From Candidatus Marinacidobacterium sp. (GTDB lineage: Bacteria > Acidobacteriota > Vicinamibacteria > Marinacidobacterales > Marinacidobacteraceae), in assembly GCA_965223075.1 (NCBI GenBank), contig OZ244986.1, forward strand, positions 3,421,630 through 3,485,629: a DNA stretch of 64,000 bases, in the 5' to 3' direction. The notes below the pieces were generated by a model. That model saw only the letters and a program-made list of their open reading frames with translations, did not search any database and was not told the origin of the DNA. Shown one piece after another: positions 11,912-22,208 of this stretch. The stretch's first letter is position 1; each line of letters begins with the position of its first letter. A program made the translations under genes and the position numbers.

Positions 11912-12694
11912 TCAGTCTTGGCGTTCGGCTTCTGATTCCGCTTCCGGCCGGAAGCTGGTGTCCGGAAGGTACCGGATGAGCCACTGCTCCGTCTGCGACA
12001 GAACGCCCGCGAGTTTCGCGGTGATTTCCATTGCACCCTGCGGGCCGAGAGCGCGGGCGAGCGGCGACCCCTGGTCGAGCGCGGCGAAGTTCCCGACATG
12101 AAAGAAGTGGACATACCCACTGTCACCGCCGAGAGTCAGCGCGCCCGAGGAGTGATGCATGTCCGCTTCCTTGAAATGCGGCAGTACGTCCTCGGCCATG
12201 ACCCGCAGGTAGTCCTGTTCACGGCCGGGGACGACGGAGACCAACTGGACCAGCGTCAGGGCCGGGTCCTCGTCGTCAGGGAGCGGGTTGTCGAGTTCGG
12301 ACGTCGTCCGGAGCGCATAGGTCCGGTGGCTGGTCACGGTCCGCTGGATGCGGTTCTCGATGCTCGCGCGGGCCGGATCAGGGCGCCCGGCCCGATCGAG
12401 CCGCGCGAAGTTGGCGAGCGGCGTCATGATCACAAAGCGGTAGGTATCGCCAAACGCCGCGGTCCGGCTGACGCTGCGCCACGGCACGTCCGCCGCTTTC
12501 TCGAGGGCCGACAGCTCGCGCTGCGCCGCCAGGAACTCGTCCACCTGGCCGGGTTTCACCCCGACGAGGGTCATTTCCATCCAGGGCGCCGCTTCCGGCG
12601 CATCCTGCGCCGGGGCCGCCGCCGGAAGGGCGCCGGCCAGCAGAAGCGCGGCCGGCGCCCAGCGCCCTGCCTTGGCGGCTAGGGCTGCTAACAC
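11912..12694 (-). CDS. Secreted hypothetical protein with two repeated alpha/beta (NIPSNAP/Dabb-like) halves
   Basis: Signal peptide; internal repeat VKPGQVDEF / VVPGREQDY and NFARLD / NFAALD; start overlaps ankyrin gene stop. Confidence 0.6.
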   Translation of the reverse strand: MLAALAAKAGRWAPAALLLAGALPAAAPAQDAPEAAPWMEMTLVGVKPGQVDEFLAAQRELSALEKAADVPWRSVSRTAAFGDTYRFVIMTPLANFARLDRAGRPDPARASIENRIQRTVTSHRTYALRTTSELDNPLPDDEDPALTLVQLVSVVPGREQDYLRVMAEDVLPHFKEADMHHSSGALTLGGDSGYVHFFHVGNFAALDQGSPLARALGPQGAMEITAKLAGVLSQTEQWLIRYLPDTSFRPEAESEAERQD

Positions 12695-14547
12695 GATACG
12701 CAGTTGTGGTTGTTCTTCGAGCCCAGGCTCTCCAGCAACGCCACGGTCGCGGGAATCGGCGACACCCGCTGTACCGGACCATTCGCCATGTCAGCCGTCG
12801 TCTGGCCGCGTCGGCTCACGGCGGTGACATCTCCTCCATTCTCGATCAGGTAGAGGATGAGTTCGTTGTCGCCGCGGGCGGCCGCGTGGTGGAGGGCGTT
12901 GTAGCCGTTGAAGTCCCGCTGGTTGATGTCGGCGCCCAGTTCGGCCAGGTACTGGACCGTCGCCAACCAGGCGTCCTGCACGTGACGATGCGCATTCCCC
13001 GCGAATCCCTCGCCGTAGCCAACCCCCGAGGCGGCGTGGATCGGATACACCCCCGGATCCCCGGCCTTGTACGGCGGGAGGCCCGACGGGTCAGGGCCCA
13101 TCGCGGTCAGATCCGTTGGGACCCACAGACCGGGCGCGGCCGGCAGCACCGAGAGGGCAGTGGGTTTGTTGTTCTCGGCAGTCGTCCCACCCCGGCGGCG
13201 GCGGGGCGCGGGCGCCGTGGTCGGAATGTTCGGATCGGCGCCGTGTTCCGCCAGCAGGCGCATCGCCGGCACGTCGGTCGCGTAGGCGGCCCGCCAGAAC
13301 GCGGTTGCGCCCGCGGTGTTCACGAGCCCGCAGTTGGCGTTGCCGCAGCCGCTATAGACCATGTACCAGGGATGCTTCTTGATCCGAACGTTCGGGTCCG
13401 CGCCGGCATCGAGTAGCGCCCGCATCACGTCCAGATAGTTCGCCTGCTGGAAACCGTGCTCCTGCGGTTGCGGAAACCGCGTCCGGGGCTGCCACTCGGC
13501 GTTGACGGCGGCCCATAGCGGGGTCACGCCATTCCCGCTGTCCGCGATATTGGGATCGGCGCCGCGCTCGAGGAGCAGGAGCGCCAGATCGAACTGTCCA
13601 TTGATCGTGGCCATCAGCAGCGGGCTGGTGCCGTCCCCTTCCGAGACCTGATTGATGTCGGCGTCGCCGTCGAGGAGCGCCGTCGCGGCGTCGTGGTACC
13701 CCTGCCGAACCGCGTGCAGCAGAGCCGTCATGCCGCCCTTGGCCTCCAGCTGCGGCCGGCGGAACCGGGCGAACGGGTCGTCGTCCTCACTGTCATCTTC
13801 GGGGGCCTCCCCGGACAGGTAGAGCTCGCGAGCCGCGAGCACTGCCGCCTGCACCTGGCTGGAAGTCGGTTCGGAGTCCCCTGCTGCGAACGCCTCCAGC
13901 ACCGCTCGTTGCCGCTTCTTGGCCGCCTCGGCCAACTCGTAATCGGCCACCAGGTCCACCTTCTTTGCAGTGGCCGCCGGGTCCGCTCCGCGCGCCAGCA
14001 GCGTCCGGATCGCATCCACGCGGTTGCGCGACGCCGCGAAGATCAGCGGCGTCTGTCCCCACGTCTTCTCCCGGGCGTCCACCGCGGCCCCGTGGTCGAT
14101 CAGCGCGGTGATCGCCGCGACGCTCCCGGAATTGGCGGCAAGGTGCAGCGGCGTCGCTCCGCTGGTGCTCGTGGCGGTCGCCGTGTCGGATCCCGCCGCG
14201 AGTAGCAATTCGACGACTTCCGCCTGGCCGGCGGCGCTCGCCACATGCAGCGGCATGTAGTTCCCGATGCGGGTGACCGCGTCCACGGTGGCGCCGCTCT
14301 GCAGCAGCGTTTCGACGAGTTCCGTGTCACCCCGCTCGGCAGCCCAGTGCAGGGCCGACATGCCGTCTCCGTGGGCGGCGTTGGCGTCCTCGCCCTGGGC
14401 AAGCAGGGCCCGTACCGCAGCGAGGTCACCGAGGCGCGCGGCATCGGCGACCGGGGCCGCCACGGGCGGCGCCGAGATCGCGCCGCCGGCTATCAGCAGC
14501 GTTGCGGCGACGGCGCACAGACGACTTGAAGTTCCTTTCAGGCGCAC
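12688..14547 (-). CDS. Secreted ankyrin-repeat protein
   Basis: Signal peptide; many G-x-TPLH/ALH-AA repeats; C-terminal NCVSC. Confidence 0.9.
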   Translation of the reverse strand: MRLKGTSSRLCAVAATLLIAGGAISAPPVAAPVADAARLGDLAAVRALLAQGEDANAAHGDGMSALHWAAERGDTELVETLLQSGATVDAVTRIGNYMPLHVASAAGQAEVVELLLAAGSDTATATSTSGATPLHLAANSGSVAAITALIDHGAAVDAREKTWGQTPLIFAASRNRVDAIRTLLARGADPAATAKKVDLVADYELAEAAKKRQRAVLEAFAAGDSEPTSSQVQAAVLAARELYLSGEAPEDDSEDDDPFARFRRPQLEAKGGMTALLHAVRQGYHDAATALLDGDADINQVSEGDGTSPLLMATINGQFDLALLLLERGADPNIADSGNGVTPLWAAVNAEWQPRTRFPQPQEHGFQQANYLDVMRALLDAGADPNVRIKKHPWYMVYSGCGNANCGLVNTAGATAFWRAAYATDVPAMRLLAEHGADPNIPTTAPAPRRRRGGTTAENNKPTALSVLPAAPGLWVPTDLTAMGPDPSGLPPYKAGDPGVYPIHAASGVGYGEGFAGNAHRHVQDAWLATVQYLAELGADINQRDFNGYNALHHAAARGDNELILYLIENGGDVTAVSRRGQTTADMANGPVQRVSPIPATVALLESLGSKNNHNCVSC

Positions 14548-14592
14548 TGGCTTTCTCCCTTGTCTTTCCCGCGGTCCGCGAGGTCCGGACGG

Positions 14593-16008
14593 CTAGTCGG
14601 TGTCCATCGGCGACGCCGACACCGGAAGGGTGCCGTTGCTGTCGCCGAAGGAATCCATCTCGAGGCCCAGCGACTGCATCAGCGCGAGCATCGCGTTCGC
14701 CATCGGCGTCTCGTCCGGCGCCTTCACATGAAGGTTGCCGGTGAGATGCCCGTTGGCCCGACCCAGGATGACCAGCGGCGCGCGCCGGTGGTTGTGGATG
14801 TTGGCGTCGGCCATCGGCGAACCCCAGATGATCGCCGTCTTGTCGAGCAGGGAAACGCCGCCTTCCGTGGTGTTGTTGAGCTGCTCGAGGAAGTAGGGGA
14901 GCTGGCCAATGCGGTACTGGCAGATCGTATTGAAGTCCATGATCCGCTCTTCGTTGTTCCCGTGGTGCGAGGCGGGATGGAAGGGCCGGTTGGTACCGCT
15001 CTCCGGGAAAGAGCGGTTCTGGGCATCGCGCCCCGTCTTGAACGAGATCACCCGGGTCATGTCGGTCTCCAGCGCGAGTACCTGGAGATCGAACATGAGT
15101 TGCATGTGCTCCGAGAAAGAGTCGGGCACACCGGGTGGGGCGTCAGGCAACGCCCGCGCCTCCCCGCTCTCGTTGTGGCCCTCGACCATCTGGATGCGCC
15201 GTTCGACCTCGCGGACGTGGTCGAGGTAGCGATCCATCCGGAGGCGGTCCAGATTGCCGAGTTGGTTGCGGACCTCGGCCACGTCGCTGAGGATCCAGTC
15301 GAGGATGCTGCGGCGGGTGGCCCGGCGCTCGGTGCGCTCCTCGGGAGTGCTGCCCGCCCCGAAGAGCATCTCGAATGCGATGCGCGGGTCGCGGATCATC
15401 GGCAGCGGGTCGTTCGGCGACGCCCAACTGATCGAGTCGGTATAGGCGCAGGAGTAGTTGTAGGTGCAGCCGCCGGCCTGATCCAGGTTCTCGATGCAGA
15501 GCTGCAGTGACGGCATCGGCGTGGCCTGGCCAAACTGCTGCGCGTAGGACTGGTCGAGCGAGGTTCCGCACCAGATGTCGGACCCCTGCGTCTGCTTCGG
15601 ATGGGACTGGGTCAGGAAGACCGCGGAGGACCGGAAGTGGTCTCCGCCGATCTCCGGCCCGGTGAACGCCTCGGCCATCCGCACGTCGGTGTTGCTGACG
15701 ATCGTCAGGTAGTCCTGGAACGGCTCCAGAGGCTTCAGTGCGTTTTCGGGCAACAGCTCGAAGTCGCGCCCCTCCGTGGCCGGCGCGAACAGATGACGGC
15801 TGGCGCCCCATTCGTTGCAGCCGGGCAGCCCGTGCACCTCCTCGATGCAGACGAGGCGCGTCACATCCCTGGCTTCCGCCGCCGCCGCGACGTTGCGGCC
15901 CGACCGGCCGGCCGGCGCCATCGCATCCAGGAACGGGAGGGCGACAGAGGCCCCAATGCCACGCAGGACTGTCCTGCGGGGCAGGTGCTTTCCGGTAATC
16001 AAAGACAT
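14593..16008 (-). CDS. DUF1552 domain protein (Tat-like signal)
   Basis: RRTVLRGIGASVALPFLDAM, YSCAYTDSISW, HPASHH, HNH motifs; follows DUF1592 gene. Confidence 0.85.
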   Translation of the reverse strand: MSLITGKHLPRRTVLRGIGASVALPFLDAMAPAGRSGRNVAAAAEARDVTRLVCIEEVHGLPGCNEWGASRHLFAPATEGRDFELLPENALKPLEPFQDYLTIVSNTDVRMAEAFTGPEIGGDHFRSSAVFLTQSHPKQTQGSDIWCGTSLDQSYAQQFGQATPMPSLQLCIENLDQAGGCTYNYSCAYTDSISWASPNDPLPMIRDPRIAFEMLFGAGSTPEERTERRATRRSILDWILSDVAEVRNQLGNLDRLRMDRYLDHVREVERRIQMVEGHNESGEARALPDAPPGVPDSFSEHMQLMFDLQVLALETDMTRVISFKTGRDAQNRSFPESGTNRPFHPASHHGNNEERIMDFNTICQYRIGQLPYFLEQLNNTTEGGVSLLDKTAIIWGSPMADANIHNHRRAPLVILGRANGHLTGNLHVKAPDETPMANAMLALMQSLGLEMDSFGDSNGTLPVSASPMDTD

Positions 16009-16011
16009 GAT

Positions 16012-18441
16012 CTACTCCTCATTTGCTGCAACTGTGTCGAGCGCGCGTTCGGTTGCCCGCTTGCGCTGGAAGGCGTCGCTTCGGACGACGCCCATGATGA
16101 ACGAGGCCATGCGGTAATCGTTTGCCTCGGCTTCTCGGGTGATGGTGCGGATGGTCGGCTGATCAAAGGCCTCGATCGGCCGGCCGACCGCGAAGGCCAA
16201 CAGGTTCTCGGTGAAGGTGCGCGTCAGCGGAATGGGCCGCACCAGCAGGGCGTCCACCAGTTCACTCGGCGAGGAAACCGGCGTGCCGTCGTAGAAGTCG
16301 CCGAGCGTATCCAGCGGGGCGCCGTTTTCGCGCAGGCGCCACTTGCCCGTAACGTCGAAGTTATCGAGGGCGAGGCCGATCGGATCGATCAGCCGGTGGC
16401 AGGAATTGCAGCTCGGGTTCGCCGCATGCATCTCCAGCCGCTCGCGGGTGGTCAGCCGCCGCCCCTCGTTCACTTCTTCGATGTCCTCGAGCGCGGGGAT
16501 GTCGGGCGGCGGTGGGGGCGGCGGAGTGCCGAGCAGCACCTCCATCACCCACTTGCCGCGCAGCACCGGCGAGGTGCGGTTAGCGAGCGAGGTGAGTACC
16601 AGCACGCTCCCGTGGCCGAGGATCCCGCGGCGGGTATCGTCGGGGTAGCGGACGCGCCGGAAGTGCCGTCCGGCCACTCCCGGAAGGCCGTAGTGGCGCG
16701 CGAGCCGCTCGTTGACGAACGTGTAGTCAGCCTGGAAAAGGTCAAACAGGCTGCGGTCGTCCCGAACCAGATTGGCGAAGAACAACTCGGTCTCGCGCCG
16801 CATCGCCTGCGCCAGGTTCTCGTCGAAATTGGGGAAGAAATTCGGGTCGGGCCGGACTTTGTCCATGTCCTGCAGCCGGAACCACTGCGCGGCGAAGCGG
16901 CGGCCGAGCGCCGCGGCGCGCGGATCGGCAAGCATGCGCAGCGCCTGCCGGTCCAGTTCCTCCGGCGTCAGGAGGCCCTCGTTCGCCAGCGCCTGGAGCT
17001 CGTCGTCCGGGGGCGTCCCCCACAGGAAGAACGAGAGCCGCGAGGCGATATCCACGTCACCGAGCCGGTAACCCCGCTCCGGGGCGTCCAGCGGTTCCCG
17101 TTCCAGCCGCAACACGAAGTGCGGGCTCGCGAGCAGCGCCTCGAGCGCTGTTCGGACGCCGACCTCGAAGCCGCCGTCGGCCGCGCCCTCGTCGAAGAAC
17201 CCGAGCAGGTCTTCGACCTCGCCGTCGCTGAGGCTCCGCCGGTAGGCCTCGCGGCCGAGCCGGGCGAGGATCCGGCCGGCGCAGGGCCGCGCCTCGCCGG
17301 GAGCGGTCGGACGGCAGGTGAAAACGCGGCGCCGGCTGGCCGTATCCGACAGGCCGGTCGGGTTGTAGGGGCCGGTGATGACGACGTCGCGGACGTGCGG
17401 GAGCGTCGTGATGCCCGCGCCGCCCGAGCCGCCTCCGGCGTACGACCAGACATGGGGGCGGATCAGGTCCTCGTAGGGCCCGTGCTGGCGCCGGATGAAA
17501 GCCGCGGCGACCCGCCGCGGCCCGGCCCGAACGAAGACGCGTCGGGTTTCGGTAACCGCGCTCCCCCGGCCGTCGGCGCCAACGATCCGGTTGGTGTCAT
17601 AAGGCAGCAACGCGACCCGCTCAGCGTCGATCGAGACGTCGACGTCCTCGACGCGGGTGTTCGACCCGGAAGTGAAGGTCACCCCGAAGGTGTACTCGGC
17701 ATCGACCGGGAACACGTGGTCCACCACCAGCCCGCCCCGGGTGCCGTAGGGAGCGCCCTCGACATGGTCCCAGGGATGCTGCGACAGGTACTGCGAGTTG
17801 GTGTACGTTGAATCCACCGCCTTCCCGCCTCGCTGGCCGACCGCGAGGCGGCTGATGGAGCTGGCCGCGTTCAGGTAGGCCTCCAGCAGCGTGGCCGAGA
17901 GCGTCTGGGCCTCGGCGATGTTGTCGAAGTTGTGGCTCACCGGATCGAGCGGCAGCCAGTTGCCGGCGTCCACCTCGAGCCCCAGCAGGTCGCGAATCGC
18001 CTGTTCGTACTCCGAGCGGTTGAGGCGCTGGAACGGCCGGTTCCCCGGGTCCGGAGCCAGTGCGGCGGCCTCGTCGAGGCGATACTCCAGCGTCTCGACC
18101 AGATTCAACAGCGCCTCGCTGCCCGTCCGCCGGGTGCCGGGTGGCGGCATCATGCCGGCCCGCAGTTTCCGGACCATCTCCTCGGCGACGTCGGCGCGCT
18201 CCGCCGCGTTCGTCACGTCGAACTCCTGAAGCGACAGGTTGCCGGTCCGGAGCCGATCGTTGTGGCACATCACGCAGGTGCTGCGCACCACGCGGTTCGC
18301 CCTGGCGTCGGACGGCGCGGTCTCCGCCACGCGCGGGGTCTCGGCGACGGAGGCGGGACCCGAAGCCGTTGCCTCAAGTGCAGCGCCCGCCACGAAGAGC
18401 AGGGCCGAGAGCCCCGTCCTGACGGCAGTTTGTGATTTCAT
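16012..18441 (-). CDS. DUF1592/DUF1588/DUF1587/DUF1595/DUF1585 (PSD/PSCyt) cytochrome c-like protein
   Basis: CVMCH and CNSCH heme motifs, RLNRSEYEQAIRDLLG, ASRLSFFLW, RTSPVLRGKWV. Confidence 0.88.
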   Translation of the reverse strand: MKSQTAVRTGLSALLFVAGAALEATASGPASVAETPRVAETAPSDARANRVVRSTCVMCHNDRLRTGNLSLQEFDVTNAAERADVAEEMVRKLRAGMMPPPGTRRTGSEALLNLVETLEYRLDEAAALAPDPGNRPFQRLNRSEYEQAIRDLLGLEVDAGNWLPLDPVSHNFDNIAEAQTLSATLLEAYLNAASSISRLAVGQRGGKAVDSTYTNSQYLSQHPWDHVEGAPYGTRGGLVVDHVFPVDAEYTFGVTFTSGSNTRVEDVDVSIDAERVALLPYDTNRIVGADGRGSAVTETRRVFVRAGPRRVAAAFIRRQHGPYEDLIRPHVWSYAGGGSGGAGITTLPHVRDVVITGPYNPTGLSDTASRRRVFTCRPTAPGEARPCAGRILARLGREAYRRSLSDGEVEDLLGFFDEGAADGGFEVGVRTALEALLASPHFVLRLEREPLDAPERGYRLGDVDIASRLSFFLWGTPPDDELQALANEGLLTPEELDRQALRMLADPRAAALGRRFAAQWFRLQDMDKVRPDPNFFPNFDENLAQAMRRETELFFANLVRDDRSLFDLFQADYTFVNERLARHYGLPGVAGRHFRRVRYPDDTRRGILGHGSVLVLTSLANRTSPVLRGKWVMEVLLGTPPPPPPPDIPALEDIEEVNEGRRLTTRERLEMHAANPSCNSCHRLIDPIGLALDNFDVTGKWRLRENGAPLDTLGDFYDGTPVSSPSELVDALLVRPIPLTRTFTENLLAFAVGRPIEAFDQPTIRTITREAEANDYRMASFIMGVVRSDAFQRKRATERALDTVAANEE

Positions 18442-18619
18442 GGGCGATCTGCGGATGGAATCCGGGCGTAGCAACGGCGCCGGTGTGACGAGTCAGTGTG
18501 CCCGTTTCGGGGTCAGGATGCAAGCGGCCGCGGACCCCAACCGGCGGGTTTTCCCGCCAACCTGCCACAGCTCCCGAATTCATCCAGCGAGCGCGCCGGC
18601 AAGGGCGAGTCCGCCGCCG

Positions 18620-19213
18620 CTAGCGGTGCTCGATGACGGAGTCCACGACCCCGTAGGCCTTCGCTTCCTCGGCGGTCATGTAGTGGTCCCGTTCGATGTC
18701 GCGCGCGATCTCTTCCGAGGAGCGACCGGTGTGGTGGGCGAGGATTTCCGTGAGGCGCGCGCGGACCCGCATGATCTCGTTGGCCTGGATCTGGATGTCC
18801 GTCGCCTGTCCCCGGGCGCCGCCGAGGGGCTGGTGGATCATGACGGTGGCGTTCGGCAGCGCGAATCGCTTTCCGTGCGCCCCGGCGGCGAGCAGAATCG
18901 CCCCCATGCTGGATGCCTGACCGAGGCAATAGGTGGTCACGTCCGGCCGGATGAACTGCAGGGTGTCGTAGATCGCGAGTCCGGCACTCACGGAGCCACC
19001 CGGGCAGTTGATGTAGAGGGAGACTTCCTTTTCCGGATCTTCTGACTCCAGGAACAGGAGTTGGGCGACCACGGTGTTCGCGAGCTCATCGCTGATCTGT
19101 TGCCCGATGAAGACGATGTTGTCCTTGAGCAGTCGGGAATAGATGTCGTAGGCACGTTCCCCACGGCCGGTCTGTTCGATTACGTGCGGAATCAGGATCT
19201 GGTCTCGAATCAC
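18620..19213 (-). CDS. clpP: ATP-dependent Clp protease proteolytic subunit
   Basis: [31 protein letters not shown]. Confidence 0.97.
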   Translation of the reverse strand: MIRDQILIPHVIEQTGRGERAYDIYSRLLKDNIVFIGQQISDELANTVVAQLLFLESEDPEKEVSLYINCPGGSVSAGLAIYDTLQFIRPDVTTYCLGQASSMGAILLAAGAHGKRFALPNATVMIHQPLGGARGQATDIQIQANEIMRVRARLTEILAHHTGRSSEEIARDIERDHYMTAEEAKAYGVVDSVIEHR

Positions 19214-19322
19214 GGCGTTGGTTCCTCTCGGTGTCGGTAGGTTCTCGAGGGTTGGGTCAGCATACGCGGTCGCTTGGTCAGAAATCGTCGCCCCCGAGGA
19301 ACCGGGAAGCCCGGTTTCTCTC

Positions 19323-20720
19323 CTATTCCGGGGAAGCGGTCAACTCCGCGCGTTCTCTCAGGAAATCGATTGCTGCGTCCCGGCGGAGTTGGGTGCGGAT
19401 ACGTTCCAGCCGCCCGTCCTTCTCCATGGCGGCCCGAAACACGGCCGGGGCTTTGCCGGAGGCGGAGGCTTCCTGGTCCAGTCGCTCCTCGAGAGCTTCC
19501 TCGCTCGTTTCGATGCCTTGCTGGTCAGCCAGCGCGTCGACCAGGATCGTGGAAGCCACCGTCTTTTCGCACTCGGAGCGCAACGCGTCCAGATGCTTTT
19601 CGAGTTCGGAGCGCACCTGCTCGGTGGGCATTCCGCCCTGGACCATGCTGTTCGCGAGCATTCTCACCCGGTTATCCAGATCCCGTTCGACGAGTGGCTC
19701 GGGAGGTTCTACCGGATTCTTTTCACGGAGCGCCGCGACGAGTTGCTCCGCGACCTCCCGTCGTTCGTTCTGATCTGCCCGCCTGCGCAGCCGGTCCCGG
19801 ATGTCCCCGCGCAGGGCCAGCAGCGACGCTGCCCCGAGTTCCCGCGCGAAGGCGTCGTCGAGAGGCGGGAGCACCGGCGTTCGCGCCTGTTTGATCGTGA
19901 AGGCGGCCCGGATCGAGCGTCCCGCTCGTTCCGGATCAGGAGACTCGTTTCCGAAATTGGCGGTCGCCACCACCGTGTCTCCTTCGGAGGCGCCCTGCAG
20001 CGCCTCGTGGAGTGCCGGGTGATAGGCGTCGCTTCCGACCCGCAAGGGCAGGTCCTCCGTTACGCGCGGCATCGCCGTCCGATCCGTCTCGACAAGGGTG
20101 GATTCCTTGAGTTCACCCATCACCAGATCGCCGTCCTGGAGGCCCCGACCCTCGATCGGTCCCGGTTGCGCCCGCTCCATCCGCAGATGCTCCAGGGTTT
20201 CGCCGATGTCCGATTCCGTCACCGAGCGTTCCTGGGTAGTGACCTTGATATCTGCAAAATCCACGGTTCCGACTTCCGGCCAGACGCTGAATCGGAGCCG
20301 CGCGGTAAGCGGCTTGCCGCGCGTCGTTTCCTCGGGGGTTGCCTTCGGGACATCCAGCGGATGGACGCCGAGTTCGTGGAGACTCTGCCTCGTGGCCCTG
20401 CCGAGCAGGCGGCTCATGGCCTCTTCGGTGGCCTCGCTCCCGTACAGGAGTGCGATTCGCTCCTTGGGCGCCTTGCCCTTGCGAAAGCCACGCAGGTGAG
20501 CCCGCTGCCGTATGCGCCGCAGTTCCTTCTGGACCGCTTCCTCAAACACCGGAGCCGGAATCGTCACTTCGATCGCGCGCCGGGATTGGCCTTCTTCGGT
20601 GAGTCGGAAGGCGAGGTCCGGAATGCGGTCCTTCTCCGGAAAGGGCGGCCGGCGGGACATGCCGGCAGCGGCCGGGTCCGCGGGTTCGTTCTCGGGTTCC
20701 GAAGGGGTGCTGTTGTCCAC
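19323..20720 (-). CDS. tig: Trigger factor (start uncertain: GTG 20720 or ATG 20660)
   Basis: GFRKGKAP ribosome-binding motif, LPPLDDAFA; lies between tRNA-Leu and clpP. Confidence 0.92.
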   Translation of the reverse strand: MDNSTPSEPENEPADPAAAGMSRRPPFPEKDRIPDLAFRLTEEGQSRRAIEVTIPAPVFEEAVQKELRRIRQRAHLRGFRKGKAPKERIALLYGSEATEEAMSRLLGRATRQSLHELGVHPLDVPKATPEETTRGKPLTARLRFSVWPEVGTVDFADIKVTTQERSVTESDIGETLEHLRMERAQPGPIEGRGLQDGDLVMGELKESTLVETDRTAMPRVTEDLPLRVGSDAYHPALHEALQGASEGDTVVATANFGNESPDPERAGRSIRAAFTIKQARTPVLPPLDDAFARELGAASLLALRGDIRDRLRRRADQNERREVAEQLVAALREKNPVEPPEPLVERDLDNRVRMLANSMVQGGMPTEQVRSELEKHLDALRSECEKTVASTILVDALADQQGIETSEEALEERLDQEASASGKAPAVFRAAMEKDGRLERIRTQLRRDAAIDFLRERAELTASPE

Positions 20721-20759
20721 GAACTCGCTACTCAGACTCGGTGGTGGGGAGGGGCGCGC

Positions 20760-20844
20760 TGGTGCGAAAGGGGGGACTCGAACCCCCACGGGTTACCCCA
20801 CTGGATCCTAAATCCAGCGCGTCTGCCAGTTCCGCCACTTCCGC
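20760..20844 (-). tRNA. tRNA-Leu (anticodon TAG)
   Basis: GCGGAAGTGGCGGAACTGGCAGACGCGCTGGATTTAGGATCCAG...GTTCGAGTCCCCCCTTTCGCACCA cloverleaf with long variable arm. Confidence 0.96.
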
Positions 20845-20876
20845 AGCGGCGCCGTAGCCACCTGGCGGCGGGAGCT

Positions 20877-21061
20877 TAGCAGTCTGTGGCAAAACTCACG
20901 CGGCGTTCGCCCGGCGATGCATCCCGGCTGAAACACTCCGCTTCGCTCCGTTCTGCGTTGCGTTTCGGTCGAAATACACCCGGTATTCCTCCCTCACGCG
21001 CCTTGTCAGCCGGGCGCCTCGCCGGGCTCGGCGCTCACGCGAGTTTCACCACAGGCTGCTA
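20877..21061. mobile_element. MITE family A copy (reverse orientation, no C unit)
   Basis: TA-GCAGTCTGTGG...CCACAGGCTGC-TA with conserved core. Confidence 0.85.
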
Positions 21062-21200
21062 GCAGTCGGCCACCGGGCGGGGACCGCCGGTCTTCAGACC
21101 GGCACCGCTGCGCGACAGCGCAGCGAAATCGCGTGCCACCAACCGAGAAGAAGCGCGGGGACGGCTTGGAACGCCGGCCTCCGGCCGGCATCGCGGTCCG
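21062..21200. repeat. Family B REP-like module
   Basis: AAGAAGCGCGGGGACGGCTTGGAACGCCGGCCTCCGGCCGGCATCGCG. Confidence 0.7.
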
Positions 21201-21289
21201 GCAGGACCGCGAAATGGCGCCGTGCGGTGATCGGGGATGATCTTGGCGCACCGCGCCGACTGTTTGCGGTTTGGCCTTCCCGGTGGCGA

Positions 21290-21700
21290 CTACGCCTCCC
21301 GCGAAGGGGCGATCAGTCTGAGCGAGGGGAAGTAGGTTCGATAACGACGCGCATCCCGCGTAATGAGGGTGAGGCCGTCCATGGACCCATGTGCGCCAAT
21401 GTAGAAATCCGGCAGCGGTGACCGCCGCTGCCCACCCGCCCGCCGGTAGTGCTGGTAGGCACGCGATGCTCCGAAGGCCGCCTCGTAGGGAAGGGGGAGC
21501 TTCTGGATGTCGAGGTTTCTCAGCCATCGATCCAGAGCCCGCTCATCGTCGAAATCAAGCGCCACCTCGGCGTAGATGATCGGATTGATCGCGACGCTGC
21601 CGTCCGCGATGGCGTCTTCCAGCGTGCGTTCCGACCACCCTCGCCAGGTGGCGTCGTCCGTCGAGAGGTCGAGCAGGACATTCGCGTCCACCAGGAACAC
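21290..21700 (-). CDS. vapC: VapC-family PIN-domain toxin
   Basis: LVDANVLLD, IIYAEV, LPDFYIGAH, ITRD...YRTYFP. Confidence 0.9.
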   Translation of the reverse strand: MFLVDANVLLDLSTDDATWRGWSERTLEDAIADGSVAINPIIYAEVALDFDDERALDRWLRNLDIQKLPLPYEAAFGASRAYQHYRRAGGQRRSPLPDFYIGAHGSMDGLTLITRDARRYRTYFPSLRLIAPSREA

Positions 21701-21931
21701 TCAGTCCTCCCCGCGGGTCAACTGCATGATCTCGTCCGTAGTCCGGCTCCCGGTACCCGCTCCGCATGCCCGGCGAAGCCGTTCGCGGACCAGTGCGCGT
21801 CGGCTCAGTCGAGAGCGTAGGACCACGCCATCCTCCCCCGCCTCGAAAACGACTTCCGTGTGAGGCAGCAGGCCGAACGCTTGCCGGAGCCGGTGCGGGA
21901 TGGTGACTTGGCCCTTGGAGGTAATCTTCAT
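21701..21931 (-). CDS. vapB: AbrB/MazE/SpoVT-family antitoxin
   Basis: MKITSKGQVTIP N-terminus; abuts the PIN gene. Confidence 0.9.
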   Translation of the reverse strand: MKITSKGQVTIPHRLRQAFGLLPHTEVVFEAGEDGVVLRSRLSRRALVRERLRRACGAGTGSRTTDEIMQLTRGED

Positions 21932-21932
21932 G

Positions 21933-21962
21933 GTAAGAAATCCTAACCCTGTATTATCTTAC
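21933..21962 (-). promoter_or_regulatory. Putative vapBC autoregulatory operator and -10 box
   Basis: Inverted repeat GTAAGA...TCTTAC spanning TAGGAT located 8 nt before the ATG. Confidence 0.45.
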
Positions 21963-22208
21963 AATGTGGCAGTAGCAACGTCCCCAGCAACGAGTGCGTG
22001 ACGACCGATCCCCTCAGGCGGCGGGTGCTGGATCAGCGGCAAGCGACCCGGGCAGGAGGGAGCGCCACCCGCGGTGGGCGAAACCTCCGAATCATCATCT
22101 CTTGGGAGGGCGAATCCTGTCATCCGGCGCGGGGTTCCTTCGTGAGTGCCAGTAGGATTCCGCGCCATGCGGGGCGGTGGACAGCCCCGCATGAGAGAGG
22201 TTTCTTCG

